Positions 1 through 8,243 of a stretch of 64,000 bases of DNA are shown here, piece by piece. The translations under genes and the position numbers were made by a program. Source of the stretch: a virus; IMG/VR virus record IMGVR_UViG_3300037140_000174, positions 1-64,000 of that record. One strand, 5' to 3'. Position 1 is the first letter of the stretch; every line of letters begins with the position of its first letter. A model generated the notes under the pieces. It was not told where the DNA came from and did no database searches. It was given only the letters and a program-made list of their open reading frames with translations.

Positions 1-11
1 TCTCTCAGAGC

Positions 12-752
12 ATGGCTGAGGTTCCATTGAGGGATTTCAATTCGCCCATCATGAGCACCGCTGCCGGCTTCCACAACGACACGCTCGATCTATCGACCGC
101 CCGCATCATCGAGGGCGCGACCTGGAAGCGTCAGCGCATCGTGGTGCTGCTTCCGGCCGCGCGGACGATCGAGTCCACGGTGTTCATGACGTTCTGGCAC
201 CTGATCTTCCCGCCCAACAACGCCTCGCACAAAATCCTTTGTCAGGGCATGGAGGTCGGGGACGCCTACAGCCGGGCGATCGAGTGCGTGCTCGGCCACC
301 CGGACCTGAGCACCTGGGAGTATTTCCTCACCATCGAGCATGACAACACCCCGCCAGCGGACGGCATCGTCAACCTGATCAAGAGCATGGACCAGCACCC
401 CGAGTACGCGGCGATCTCGGGGCTCTATTGGACCAAGGGTGAGGGCGGCGTGCCGCAGATATGGGGCGACCCGAGCGACCCGATCCCGAACGCCCGCCCG
501 CAGCCGCCTAAGCCGCGCTGCGTCCAGGAGTGCTGCGGCATCGGCATGGGCTTCGCGCTCTGGCGCATGTCGATGTTCAAGGACGAGCGGCTGCGCAAGC
601 CGTGGTTCAAGACCGTGGCCTCGCTGCAGGAGGGCGTGGGCACGCAAGACCTCTACTTCTGCGGCGACGCCCGCAAGCACGGCTACCGCTTCGCTGTAGA
701 TACCAACGTCAAGGTTGGTCATTACGACGCCGCCACGGGGAGAATTTGGTGA
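12..752 (+). CDS. GT-A fold (GT2-like) glycosyltransferase
   Basis: EHDNTPP (DxD-like), GIGMGFALWR and GTQDLYFC...GY...DTNVKVGH motifs typical of phage GT2-like enzymes. Confidence 0.75.
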   Translation: MAEVPLRDFNSPIMSTAAGFHNDTLDLSTARIIEGATWKRQRIVVLLPAARTIESTVFMTFWHLIFPPNNASHKILCQGMEVGDAYSRAIECVLGHPDLSTWEYFLTIEHDNTPPADGIVNLIKSMDQHPEYAAISGLYWTKGEGGVPQIWGDPSDPIPNARPQPPKPRCVQECCGIGMGFALWRMSMFKDERLRKPWFKTVASLQEGVGTQDLYFCGDARKHGYRFAVDTNVKVGHYDAATGRIW

Positions 753-1330
753 TGAAGCGTAAGTCGGTTCCGGTTGACACGATGAAGGCCGCGCCCGCGC
801 TGATCAAGATCGACGTCGGCTGCGGCAAGCGAAAGCAGGAGGGCCACGTCGGGCTCGACCGGATCAAGTTCGACGGCGTTGATCACGTCCTCGATGCCGG
901 CCGCGCCCGCTGGCCGTTCAAGGATGGCTCGGTCTCGGAGGCGTATTCCTCGCACTTCCTGGAGCACCTGAACGCCGAGGGCCGTGCTCACTTCGCCAAC
1001 GAGCTCTATCGCGTGCTGGTCCCGGAGGGGAAGTGTAAGCTGATCGTTCCGAACTGGTCGAGCGGCCGAGCCTACGGCGACCCGACTCATCAGTGGCCTC
1101 CGGTGTCTGCGTTCTGGTTCCATTACCTCAGCCGCGAATGGCGATTACAGGAAGCCCCGCACACCGACAGCACGAACGACAAGCGTTGGTTCAACTGCGA
1201 TTTCCACGCGCAGTGGGTCGTCGGCGTCAATCCCTCGCTGGAGGGCCGCAGCTCGGGCTTCATGGAGACCGCGATGGGGCACTACATCGAGGTCGTGTGG
1301 GACATCCACGCCACTCTTACCAAGAGGTAA
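752..1330 (+). CDS. Class I SAM-dependent methyltransferase (type 11-like)
   Basis: IDVGCG motif I, SSHFLEHL, ELYRVLVPEG, DPTH; ATG at 752 overlaps the upstream stop (TGATG), so the ORF-track start at 530 is too early. Confidence 0.8.
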   Translation: MKRKSVPVDTMKAAPALIKIDVGCGKRKQEGHVGLDRIKFDGVDHVLDAGRARWPFKDGSVSEAYSSHFLEHLNAEGRAHFANELYRVLVPEGKCKLIVPNWSSGRAYGDPTHQWPPVSAFWFHYLSREWRLQEAPHTDSTNDKRWFNCDFHAQWVVGVNPSLEGRSSGFMETAMGHYIEVVWDIHATLTKR

Positions 1331-1354
1331 TCGCGCTTCGCGGTTGGCACTGCC

Positions 1355-3808
1355 ATGAGCATCGCAGCCGCACCGCTACAGCAGGCGACCGGGACGGGCC
1401 TGACCGGTGCGGGCCAGGGGACGGCCACGTTCGGTCTCGCCCCACTGATCGGCAACACCATCATCCTGACGATGGTGACGGATGATGTCTCTGGCGCGTC
1501 TGCGATCTCTAGCGTCGCATTGACCAATGCGAACTGGACAGAGCTTGCCTTTGAGGCGGTAAACACCAACGAGCATATCGAGATTTGGGCCGGCGTCGTC
1601 TTCAACTCTCCTGGCGGGAAAACGGTCACTGCCACCTTTCAGGGATTGAACACAGCGAATTGCTACATAAGCATCTCGGAATGGCCCGGGATTCTGACCA
1701 CCGGCGGTGCTGGTTCCAACACGGGGACGGGCAACACATCGTCCACTGGGACGTTGACCCCAGTCAGCGGCTACAACACCCTGATCATCGCTGTGTCTGG
1801 GCACGATGGTGTTTTGTCATCAGGCCCGACCGGCGGGTTCACGGCGCTCAATACCGCCAATCAAATAGCGCAGAGCGCCTATTTCTGGCAGCCGGCCGGG
1901 GAGACGGCGGTCGCGGCGACGTGGACTTATTTCTCCGCGCCGGCATGGGCGACCGCCTACGCGATGTTCGTCGGTCCGGTGACAAGGAGCACGCCGACCC
2001 TGTGGAACTCGGGGGACACCACGCCGAGTCCACTGACTGACATATTCTCCCTTCTGGGCAGCTTCGCGTGCACCTACAACTCCGCCGGAGGGATGGCCCG
2101 CTCGCAGAGCTCAAGATCGTCCGGGAAATGGTATTTCGAGGGCGTGTTCGGCACCCCCAACAACACCACGACGTTCGGCGGCCTGGGGGTGGCCGACGCG
2201 ACGTTGGTGATGAACGCGTTCACTGTGCCGGGGTCCGCCGACGCTGTCTCGTCCAGTTATCAGACGGTCGGCAACATCTGCGCCAACTCCACGACCACTG
2301 GGGGGCAAGCAGCCGTCACGACGCAGACGATCGGCGTCGCCGTCGATGTCGACAACCATTTGATTTACTATGCCGTCAACAATGCCTGGCAGAATGGCGC
2401 GGACCCGAACACAAATACTGGCGGCACGGACTATGTAACGACCGCCCCGGTCTTCGCCTTCGGGCAGATCGTGCAGTCCGGCAGCTTCGTATTTTTCTAC
2501 CTCTCGGCCAACTTCGGCAACGCCGGGACCGCCTTCACGTACGCGCCGCCGACCGGGTTCCTGCCGTGGGACTTCTCTGGCACCGCGTTCCAGTCCGATT
2601 CCTTCCAGTCCAATTCCTTCCAGGAGTACGGCGGGACCGTCACCGCGAGCTTCTCAGTCACGGCCGACTCCGGCGCGCCCGTCGAGTTCCTGCTCGGCTT
2701 CAGGGGCGACGGCGCGACCCACATGGAGATCATCGCCGGACGGACCGCCGACGCGACCGCGCAGCTCGAGGCGCTCGCGGCCGTGCACATGGATGGGCTC
2801 GCGCCGCTCGAGAGCATCATCGCCGTGCGCACCGACGACATCGCGCAGCTCGAGGCCGTGGGGTCGTTCCGGGCCGACGCGACCGCGCCGCTGGAATCAA
2901 CTGCCGTGATGAAGCCCGCAGACGCGACCGCGCAGTTGGAATCGCTTGTCGCGGTGCTCAGCGATGAGTTGGTTCCGGTTGAGACCCTCCTGAGCGTTCA
3001 CGGTGACGGCCCCGTGCAAGCGGAAATTGTCGCCAGTTATCGCGCAGATAGCGCCGTGCCGCTCGAGTCGGTCGCGGTGATGAGGCCAGCCGACGCCACG
3101 GCTCCCTCGGAGATCATCGTGACTATGAAGCCAGCCGATGCTACGGTTCCACTCGAATCACTCCTGGGCGTCCATGGTGATGTGATAGCACCGACTGAGA
3201 TTATCTCTGGGGTCCGCAGTGACGCGATTGTTAATCTCGAGTGGACGGTCGCTCTACGCATGGACGTCGTGGTGCCAATGGAGGCTGTTTTATCCTTCAG
3301 CGCCGATGCCACACCCCTTCTTGAGATCAGTGTGAATATGAAGCCAGCCGATGCTACGGCATCGGTCGAAGTCTTGGCGGGCAGGAGCGCTGACGCAATC
3401 GTGTCTACCGAGATTTTAGCGGGGCGTGTGGCTGACCAGATTGCACCGACGGAGATCCTCCTGGGCGTCCACGGTGACGATGTGGTTCCGCAGGAGAACC
3501 TCGGGGCGCTCGTGGTTACGGGAGACGGCCGGGTTAATCTGGAGATAAAAGCCCTGTTTCAGGCGGGCACTGTGGCGCTTTCTGAATCGCTTAGCGCCAG
3601 AAGTGCCGATGCCACGGCCCTGATTGAGGATGTGGCGGGCGTGCGTGGCGATAGTGGGGTGCCCATCGAGTTTACAATCAAGGTGCGCGGAGACGGCAGC
3701 GTCCTCATAGAGATAAGGTCATCGGGTGGGGGTGGGAATTCTACGAGATACTGGTATATTTCATCGGCGTACATAATGAGTCTTTTGTGTTTGCTTTTGC
3801 CTTACTAA
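1355..3808 (+). CDS. Large Thr/Ser/Gly-rich fibre/adhesin-like protein with SPRY/ConA-like domain and C-terminal ~14-aa repeat stalk
   Basis: RSSGKWYFE...TIGVAVDVDNHLIYYAVN resembles SPRY; about 24 D-x5-E repeats; hydrophobic C-terminal end. Confidence 0.6.
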   Translation: MSIAAAPLQQATGTGLTGAGQGTATFGLAPLIGNTIILTMVTDDVSGASAISSVALTNANWTELAFEAVNTNEHIEIWAGVVFNSPGGKTVTATFQGLNTANCYISISEWPGILTTGGAGSNTGTGNTSSTGTLTPVSGYNTLIIAVSGHDGVLSSGPTGGFTALNTANQIAQSAYFWQPAGETAVAATWTYFSAPAWATAYAMFVGPVTRSTPTLWNSGDTTPSPLTDIFSLLGSFACTYNSAGGMARSQSSRSSGKWYFEGVFGTPNNTTTFGGLGVADATLVMNAFTVPGSADAVSSSYQTVGNICANSTTTGGQAAVTTQTIGVAVDVDNHLIYYAVNNAWQNGADPNTNTGGTDYVTTAPVFAFGQIVQSGSFVFFYLSANFGNAGTAFTYAPPTGFLPWDFSGTAFQSDSFQSNSFQEYGGTVTASFSVTADSGAPVEFLLGFRGDGATHMEIIAGRTADATAQLEALAAVHMDGLAPLESIIAVRTDDIAQLEAVGSFRADATAPLESTAVMKPADATAQLESLVAVLSDELVPVETLLSVHGDGPVQAEIVASYRADSAVPLESVAVMRPADATAPSEIIVTMKPADATVPLESLLGVHGDVIAPTEIISGVRSDAIVNLEWTVALRMDVVVPMEAVLSFSADATPLLEISVNMKPADATASVEVLAGRSADAIVSTEILAGRVADQIAPTEILLGVHGDDVVPQENLGALVVTGDGRVNLEIKALFQAGTVALSESLSARSADATALIEDVAGVRGDSGVPIEFTIKVRGDGSVLIEIRSSGGGGNSTRYWYISSAYIMSLLCLLLPY
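2663..3720 (+). repeat. Degenerate protein-level tandem repeat, ~24-25 units of 14-15 aa (consensus ADATAPLE..)
   Basis: ADATAQLEALAAVHM, ADATAPLESTAVMKP, ADATVPLESLLGVHG etc.; DNA motif gaagcc(a/c)gc(c/a)ga(t/c)gc recurs. Confidence 0.8.
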
Positions 3809-3854
3809 GAAAGTTGTGTTACATTATTTTGACGATTTGCTAGGGGTGATAAAA

Positions 3855-4253
3855 ATGATCAGCTCTTTTGCTATTATAACTGCCATTAAGCACTGGAATC
3901 GTTTGGTGGCTGGTTTAATTGTTCTTTTTTGCGCTTTGTTTTTGTCTTATTCCTCGTCTGATGCTCAGCAAGGCATTACCCCCTGCGCTGCTTTCTCCGT
4001 AAGTGTATCTGGTACTTCCGCCAACCAGCAACTCTCAGCTTGTGGTGGGGTGGTCATCCTGATGAATGTTTCGACTCAGGAACTGTTCTACACTTATGGG
4101 GCAACAAGTGCCACCACGGCCACGACTAGTAATTTCTCACTCCCAGGAAACTCCTTCATCACCCTCAACCTTGGGGTCAATCGTCAGTATGTGGCCGCTA
4201 TTACAGCGACCAGCACTACGACGCTTAGAATCACTCAGGGGCAGACGAGATGA
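3855..4253 (+). CDS. Hypothetical signal-peptide protein with small beta-sandwich-like mature part
   Basis: Hydrophobic N-terminus ending SDA-QQ; Thr/Ser-rich; two Cys in the mature part; GGGGTG SD before ATG 3855. Confidence 0.65.
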   Translation: MISSFAIITAIKHWNRLVAGLIVLFCALFLSYSSSDAQQGITPCAAFSVSVSGTSANQQLSACGGVVILMNVSTQELFYTYGATSATTATTSNFSLPGNSFITLNLGVNRQYVAAITATSTTTLRITQGQTR

Positions 4254-4492
4254 GGTTTGTCTTAGCTACCCTAGCCATGCTGGCACTCAATCTAAGCGCC
4301 CTAGCTCAGGTCAATACCCTTTCTGGGCCACTAGGGGATGGGTATCCAATCCTTTTGGAACCACCTCTGGTTGGCGGCCTTAATACGATAAGTTCTGGCC
4401 CACCTGGAACTGCCTGCCTTGCAGGAGCAATTGATCTATCGTTAACAACTGGCTGCAATCTGCCATTCTATCTTGGAGGAATTTTTCCATGA
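4250..4492 (+). CDS. Small hypothetical signal-peptide protein
   Basis: MRFVLATLAMLALNLSALA signal-like sequence; Cys pair; ATGA coupling at both ends. Confidence 0.6.
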   Translation: MRFVLATLAMLALNLSALAQVNTLSGPLGDGYPILLEPPLVGGLNTISSGPPGTACLAGAIDLSLTTGCNLPFYLGGIFP

Positions 4493-5268
4493 TTAAACGA
4501 TCCATTATCCTGTCTGCATTCATACTGTGCAGTTCACAGGCAATGGCAGTTTGCCCGACTCCACTTACGGGTAAGGATGCTGCCGGTACCACTCAGAACT
4601 TCGGTGTGACGGTTGACGGGTCCGGTAATTGTTACGGCAATGTCGGTATTGTTGATGGGACGAATGCTGCAAACAAAGCGGCTGTGAAGGCTGCATCCAC
4701 TGCTGCTGCTCAGACTGATCCAGCAGTCGTTGAAAGAAATCCAGACATTGGAACGATTGGTGACACGGCGTGGACGAGCGGCAGCGGGTCTGTCATTGCG
4801 GTGCTCAAGGGCATCTATACCGGGATTCAGTCGCTTATATCCGCCGTAGGATCTGCCATCGCGGCCGGGACCAACATGATCGGCTATGTCGGGCTGCAAG
4901 CCAACACGACGGGCGGCTGTACGGCTGGGCACGTCCTGACCGCCGCGAGCAATAATTCGACAAGCATCACCAATCGCGCGTCGGGAGCGGCGGAACTCTG
5001 TGAACTCTCGTTTCTCAACACCACGACGGGCGTATTCGATATTCGACTTTACGATGTTGCGGCCGCACCGACTTGTTCCTCCGCAACGGGAGTTGTGGCG
5101 AACTATATAGCGGTGTCTAGCGCGACTAGCCCTGGCTTCTCGATCAACCTTGGACCCTTCGGCAAAGCCTTTACGAATGGCATCGGCGTCTGCATCACTG
5201 GAGCGAATGCCGACAACGACAACACAAATGCCGCTACCGGCGGTAACCTGAATTACGCTTACAAGTGA
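4489..5268 (+). CDS. Hypothetical signal-peptide, Cys-containing beta-rich protein
   Basis: MIKRSIILSAFILCSSQAMA signal; six Cys in mature part; C-terminal jelly-roll-like GKAFTNGIGVCITG. Confidence 0.7.
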   Translation: MIKRSIILSAFILCSSQAMAVCPTPLTGKDAAGTTQNFGVTVDGSGNCYGNVGIVDGTNAANKAAVKAASTAAAQTDPAVVERNPDIGTIGDTAWTSGSGSVIAVLKGIYTGIQSLISAVGSAIAAGTNMIGYVGLQANTTGGCTAGHVLTAASNNSTSITNRASGAAELCELSFLNTTTGVFDIRLYDVAAAPTCSSATGVVANYIAVSSATSPGFSINLGPFGKAFTNGIGVCITGANADNDNTNAATGGNLNYAYK

Positions 5269-6020
5269 TCCCCATGCTCTCCCGCATTCTCGCCGTTGCG
5301 CTACTGATCGCCGGCTTCTGGTGCCTTGGGCAGCGGGAGGGCGTTCATGCGCAATTGATCGGGGAAGGGGTGTTTCGGAAGGTTCCGGGCGCGTCTTGTT
5401 CGGCCCCTACGCTCAACGGCACGGCATATACCCCCACCGGCGTTCATAATAATCCTGGTGTGCTTTCTGGGTTAACGACCACCGGGGGGAATCGAATAAT
5501 TTATGTTGTGGCCGCGATCAATGGAGTAAATGGCGGAGCAGACACGATAGCTTTTTCAGACGCAGCCTCCTTGAATGTTCTAACTTTTTCTCAAAGAGCG
5601 ATAACAAGGGCGGGTGGAAATCTTGTAGTGTCGGCTACTGCGGTCGCATCTGGTACTTTGACCGCCGACGCCATAACGGTTTCTGTTACGCCTGGAGTTG
5701 GTGTTGGATATATTGAAGGCTTGGCCATAGGAATTGCCGGCGCAAACACGACAACAAAATTTGATGCCAACGGAAGCATTCCTCAAGCAGTCGTTACGGG
5801 CGCAGTTAGCATCAGCACCAGTCATAATTGCGATTTTATACTTAACGCGATGCGCGGTGGTAGCACTCCGTACACACCAGACGCAGGTTGGACGAGCGCC
5901 ATTCAGGGCGATTTTGTCGGCATGGAGTATTTGCCAGTTACGTCAACGCAATCGGGTCTATCGCCAACTTTTGGCATCAGCTACAACGGAGCAATTAGCG
6001 ATGCGATCGTTTCTCCGTAA
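5265..6020 (+). CDS. Hypothetical signal-peptide, Gly/Thr-rich beta protein
   Basis: MLSRILAVALLIAGFWCL...VHA signal-like sequence; similar composition to the N-domain of 1355..3808. Confidence 0.65.
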   Translation: MIPMLSRILAVALLIAGFWCLGQREGVHAQLIGEGVFRKVPGASCSAPTLNGTAYTPTGVHNNPGVLSGLTTTGGNRIIYVVAAINGVNGGADTIAFSDAASLNVLTFSQRAITRAGGNLVVSATAVASGTLTADAITVSVTPGVGVGYIEGLAIGIAGANTTTKFDANGSIPQAVVTGAVSISTSHNCDFILNAMRGGSTPYTPDAGWTSAIQGDFVGMEYLPVTSTQSGLSPTFGISYNGAISDAIVSP

Positions 6021-6490
6021 TTGTTTCCTAGCGCTTATTCTCGTGCTGTCTGGCGATGCGTTTGCTGGCTCGCACGGCACGCCCTACGCCAACACCGGCT
6101 CACCGTTGGGCGCGAACATCGGCGGCTACCGGAGGCGGAACGGTTCCGGATTCAAGCCCTAATTTATTGATTGCCGGAACTCAGCAGCTTTCTAACGGGT
6201 GGTGCAGGATATGGCTGATAGATACCGCCAGCAATACGGTAGCGAGTACTTATAATGTGAATACGATACCTTATGCCAGTGCGGTGCGCGTAGTACAGAC
6301 TGCCTATAGCGTACAGGTCACCGCAGATCAAAAGCCAACCCCTAATGGGAATTGGAACAATCACGATACTTTAGTGGCTCAAACGGCTAGCGCGAACGGG
6401 AATATCGCGTATCCGGTAACTGGCGTGCGCCTTGTTGTGTCCGGGTACTCATCTGGGTCTGTGAACCTTGGAATGGCCTCTTGGCCATAA
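6001..6490 (+). pseudogene. Frameshifted or deletion-fused gene: signal-peptide ORF 6001..6162 continuing in the +1 frame to 6490
   Basis: ATG 6001 gives MRSFLRNCFLALILVLSGDAFA-GSHG..SPLGANIGG then stops at 6162; the protein-like part of ORF 6056..6490 starts only after ~6120. Confidence 0.5.
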
Positions 6491-6537
6491 TGAGGTATGT
6501 TTGCGGTAAGATTCAAACAAACTGAAAGGTTCTGAAA

Positions 6538-6813
6538 ATGAAAGAGTTTGGTAATGTTGGCCCCGAAGATAGGGGTTCTGAGCTTGAAGGCAAAGGCCCC
6601 GGTGCATCTGGGCATGATCAGCCTCAGGGGAAGAGCATTGGTGCTGGTCATCCTACGGGTAAGGCTGAGCACCATCCTCACATGAAGATGGAAGCGCACA
6701 GCTTCAAGATGCCAGCAGGCAATAATGCTCACACGTTCTGCGGCACCAAGAAGTCAGGTATGCTTCGGGTATCCGGTCATTCTGGTGCCCATCAGGTTGG
6801 GCGCAAGAAGTAA
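6538..6813 (+). CDS. His/Gly-rich small protein (paralog 1)
   Basis: AAAGG SD; C-terminal GMLRVSGHSGAHQVG. Confidence 0.7.
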   Translation: MKEFGNVGPEDRGSELEGKGPGASGHDQPQGKSIGAGHPTGKAEHHPHMKMEAHSFKMPAGNNAHTFCGTKKSGMLRVSGHSGAHQVGRKK

Positions 6814-7106
6814 TGCCCAAGAAAAGTGGATTTTACGCCAACGAGCCTGCTGTACCGGCAAGTCAGATTGCTGGCGTAAACCCAATACAAGGGCCGGTGG
6901 TGGGGTCCATGGAAAGCCCTGCTGTGGACCAGCACCCCGGCACTATACATGGCCTAGGGACGCCCGCTAGGGCGTTTGGGCACCCATCTGTGAAAGGTGC
7001 TCATGGGTTTGGCCATGTAGCAAAAGAGCGACACGGTCATCTGCGTACTTCTGGCCATGCTGGGGCACACCAACTTGGTATTGTAAAAAAGAAGCCTAAG
7101 CTCTAA
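6813..7106 (+). CDS. His/Gly-rich small protein (paralog 2)
   Basis: TAATG coupling; C-terminal GHLRTSGHAGAHQLG. Confidence 0.7.
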   Translation: MPKKSGFYANEPAVPASQIAGVNPIQGPVVGSMESPAVDQHPGTIHGLGTPARAFGHPSVKGAHGFGHVAKERHGHLRTSGHAGAHQLGIVKKKPKL

Positions 7107-7642
7107 TGTCAGCAGGCCATCATCATTTTGACGGTGAGGATAATGGCCTGCTCAATTCTCAGGTCATTGACCGTATATTGAAGAACCCTGAAATTAGAAG
7201 CAGGGTTTACGGTTTTCATACGTTAAATTACGAATATGATCTTCCATACCTCGGCGGTTACTCAGTTGACGGAAAAACGATATATCTTGATCGCCACCTA
7301 CCCAGTGTTTTGACACTTGAAGAAGATGGGCGTAAAAAGGAATTCAATCCGTACCGTCATATTGAAGACCATGAGGTCTTTGAAAAGGCGATTATGGACG
7401 TTATTGGTTGGGGTTACGAACACGCTCACCATGCGGCAAATGGATTTGAGCGGCGTGGCGTGCTGCGAGCTGGTTTGTTCTGGAATCCCTACAATCGCGC
7501 TCTTGGCCCTTACATTAAGGGTGCGGAACATGAGAAGCTTAAAAAGGTTCCTGCTGATCTGGATATGCGCCCATATTATTTTCCCCCAATTAATGATAGT
7601 TTGATTCGTCATATGAAGAAGGCGATGAAACGTGCAGTATAA
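7106..7642 (+). CDS. Hypothetical protein with HExxE...AH putative metal-binding motif
   Basis: DHEVFEKAIMD..GWGYEHAHHAA; TAATG coupling. Confidence 0.6.
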   Translation: MSAGHHHFDGEDNGLLNSQVIDRILKNPEIRSRVYGFHTLNYEYDLPYLGGYSVDGKTIYLDRHLPSVLTLEEDGRKKEFNPYRHIEDHEVFEKAIMDVIGWGYEHAHHAANGFERRGVLRAGLFWNPYNRALGPYIKGAEHEKLKKVPADLDMRPYYFPPINDSLIRHMKKAMKRAV

Positions 7643-8243
7643 AGGAAATATCGGCAGGGTTATGCTACGGATACGATCCGTAGTTCCTGGGCATCCCCCT
7701 TTTGAAAAGGGGAATAAGTATGCTGCTGCCGAGAAAATGTCGCCTGAGTCTCATAGGCGCAGAATGCGGGGGCTGTTCAAAGCATGGGGTGTTAAAGATA
7801 GGGTTAATAGAGGAGAACGTGTTGTGACCGCGAGTACTATCAAAAAGATCAAGAAGCGTGCGCGTGTCCGTCTGAAAGAAACGGTAGCGAAAGAAGTTCG
7901 CGATATTCAGAATTTGGCTCGCAAGTTTGCACTGGCTGGCATTGAGGAAGCTGCAAAAATTGCAGGTAGCTCTTCGTCAAAGGATTCTGATAAGCTCGCT
8001 GCAATCAACCTTCTTCTTGATCGCGCCTTTGGCAAGGCCACGCAAACCAGTATCAATGCAGTTCTAGACGCAAATGGCAAACCCTCCGAAGTTACTGGTA
8101 AGGAACTCGACGAGCGAATTGCTGAAGCTCTCAAGCGAGTTGAAGAACTTACAGGGCGAGCGCCAAAAGCGCCTAAGAGCGAAAAACGACCTGATAATAT
8201 ACGCGAGCGTGATCGAGATACCGGGGGCTCCTCAGTCCATTGA
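7632..8243 (+). CDS. terS: Terminase small subunit (putative)
   Basis: PFEKGN motif, helical KLAAINLLLDRAFGKATQ, directly upstream of TerL; start may be ATG 7662. Confidence 0.7.
   Translation: MQYKGNIGRVMLRIRSVVPGHPPFEKGNKYAAAEKMSPESHRRRMRGLFKAWGVKDRVNRGERVVTASTIKKIKKRARVRLKETVAKEVRDIQNLARKFALAGIEEAAKIAGSSSSKDSDKLAAINLLLDRAFGKATQTSINAVLDANGKPSEVTGKELDERIAEALKRVEELTGRAPKAPKSEKRPDNIRERDRDTGGSSVH

Noticed and set aside
90-3312. Long alternative-frame and antisense ORFs (e.g. 90..722 -, 2068..2967 +, 530..751 extension)
   Set aside because: Arg/Ala-rich shadows expected in GC-rich coding DNA; the overlapping frames carry the recognisable motifs
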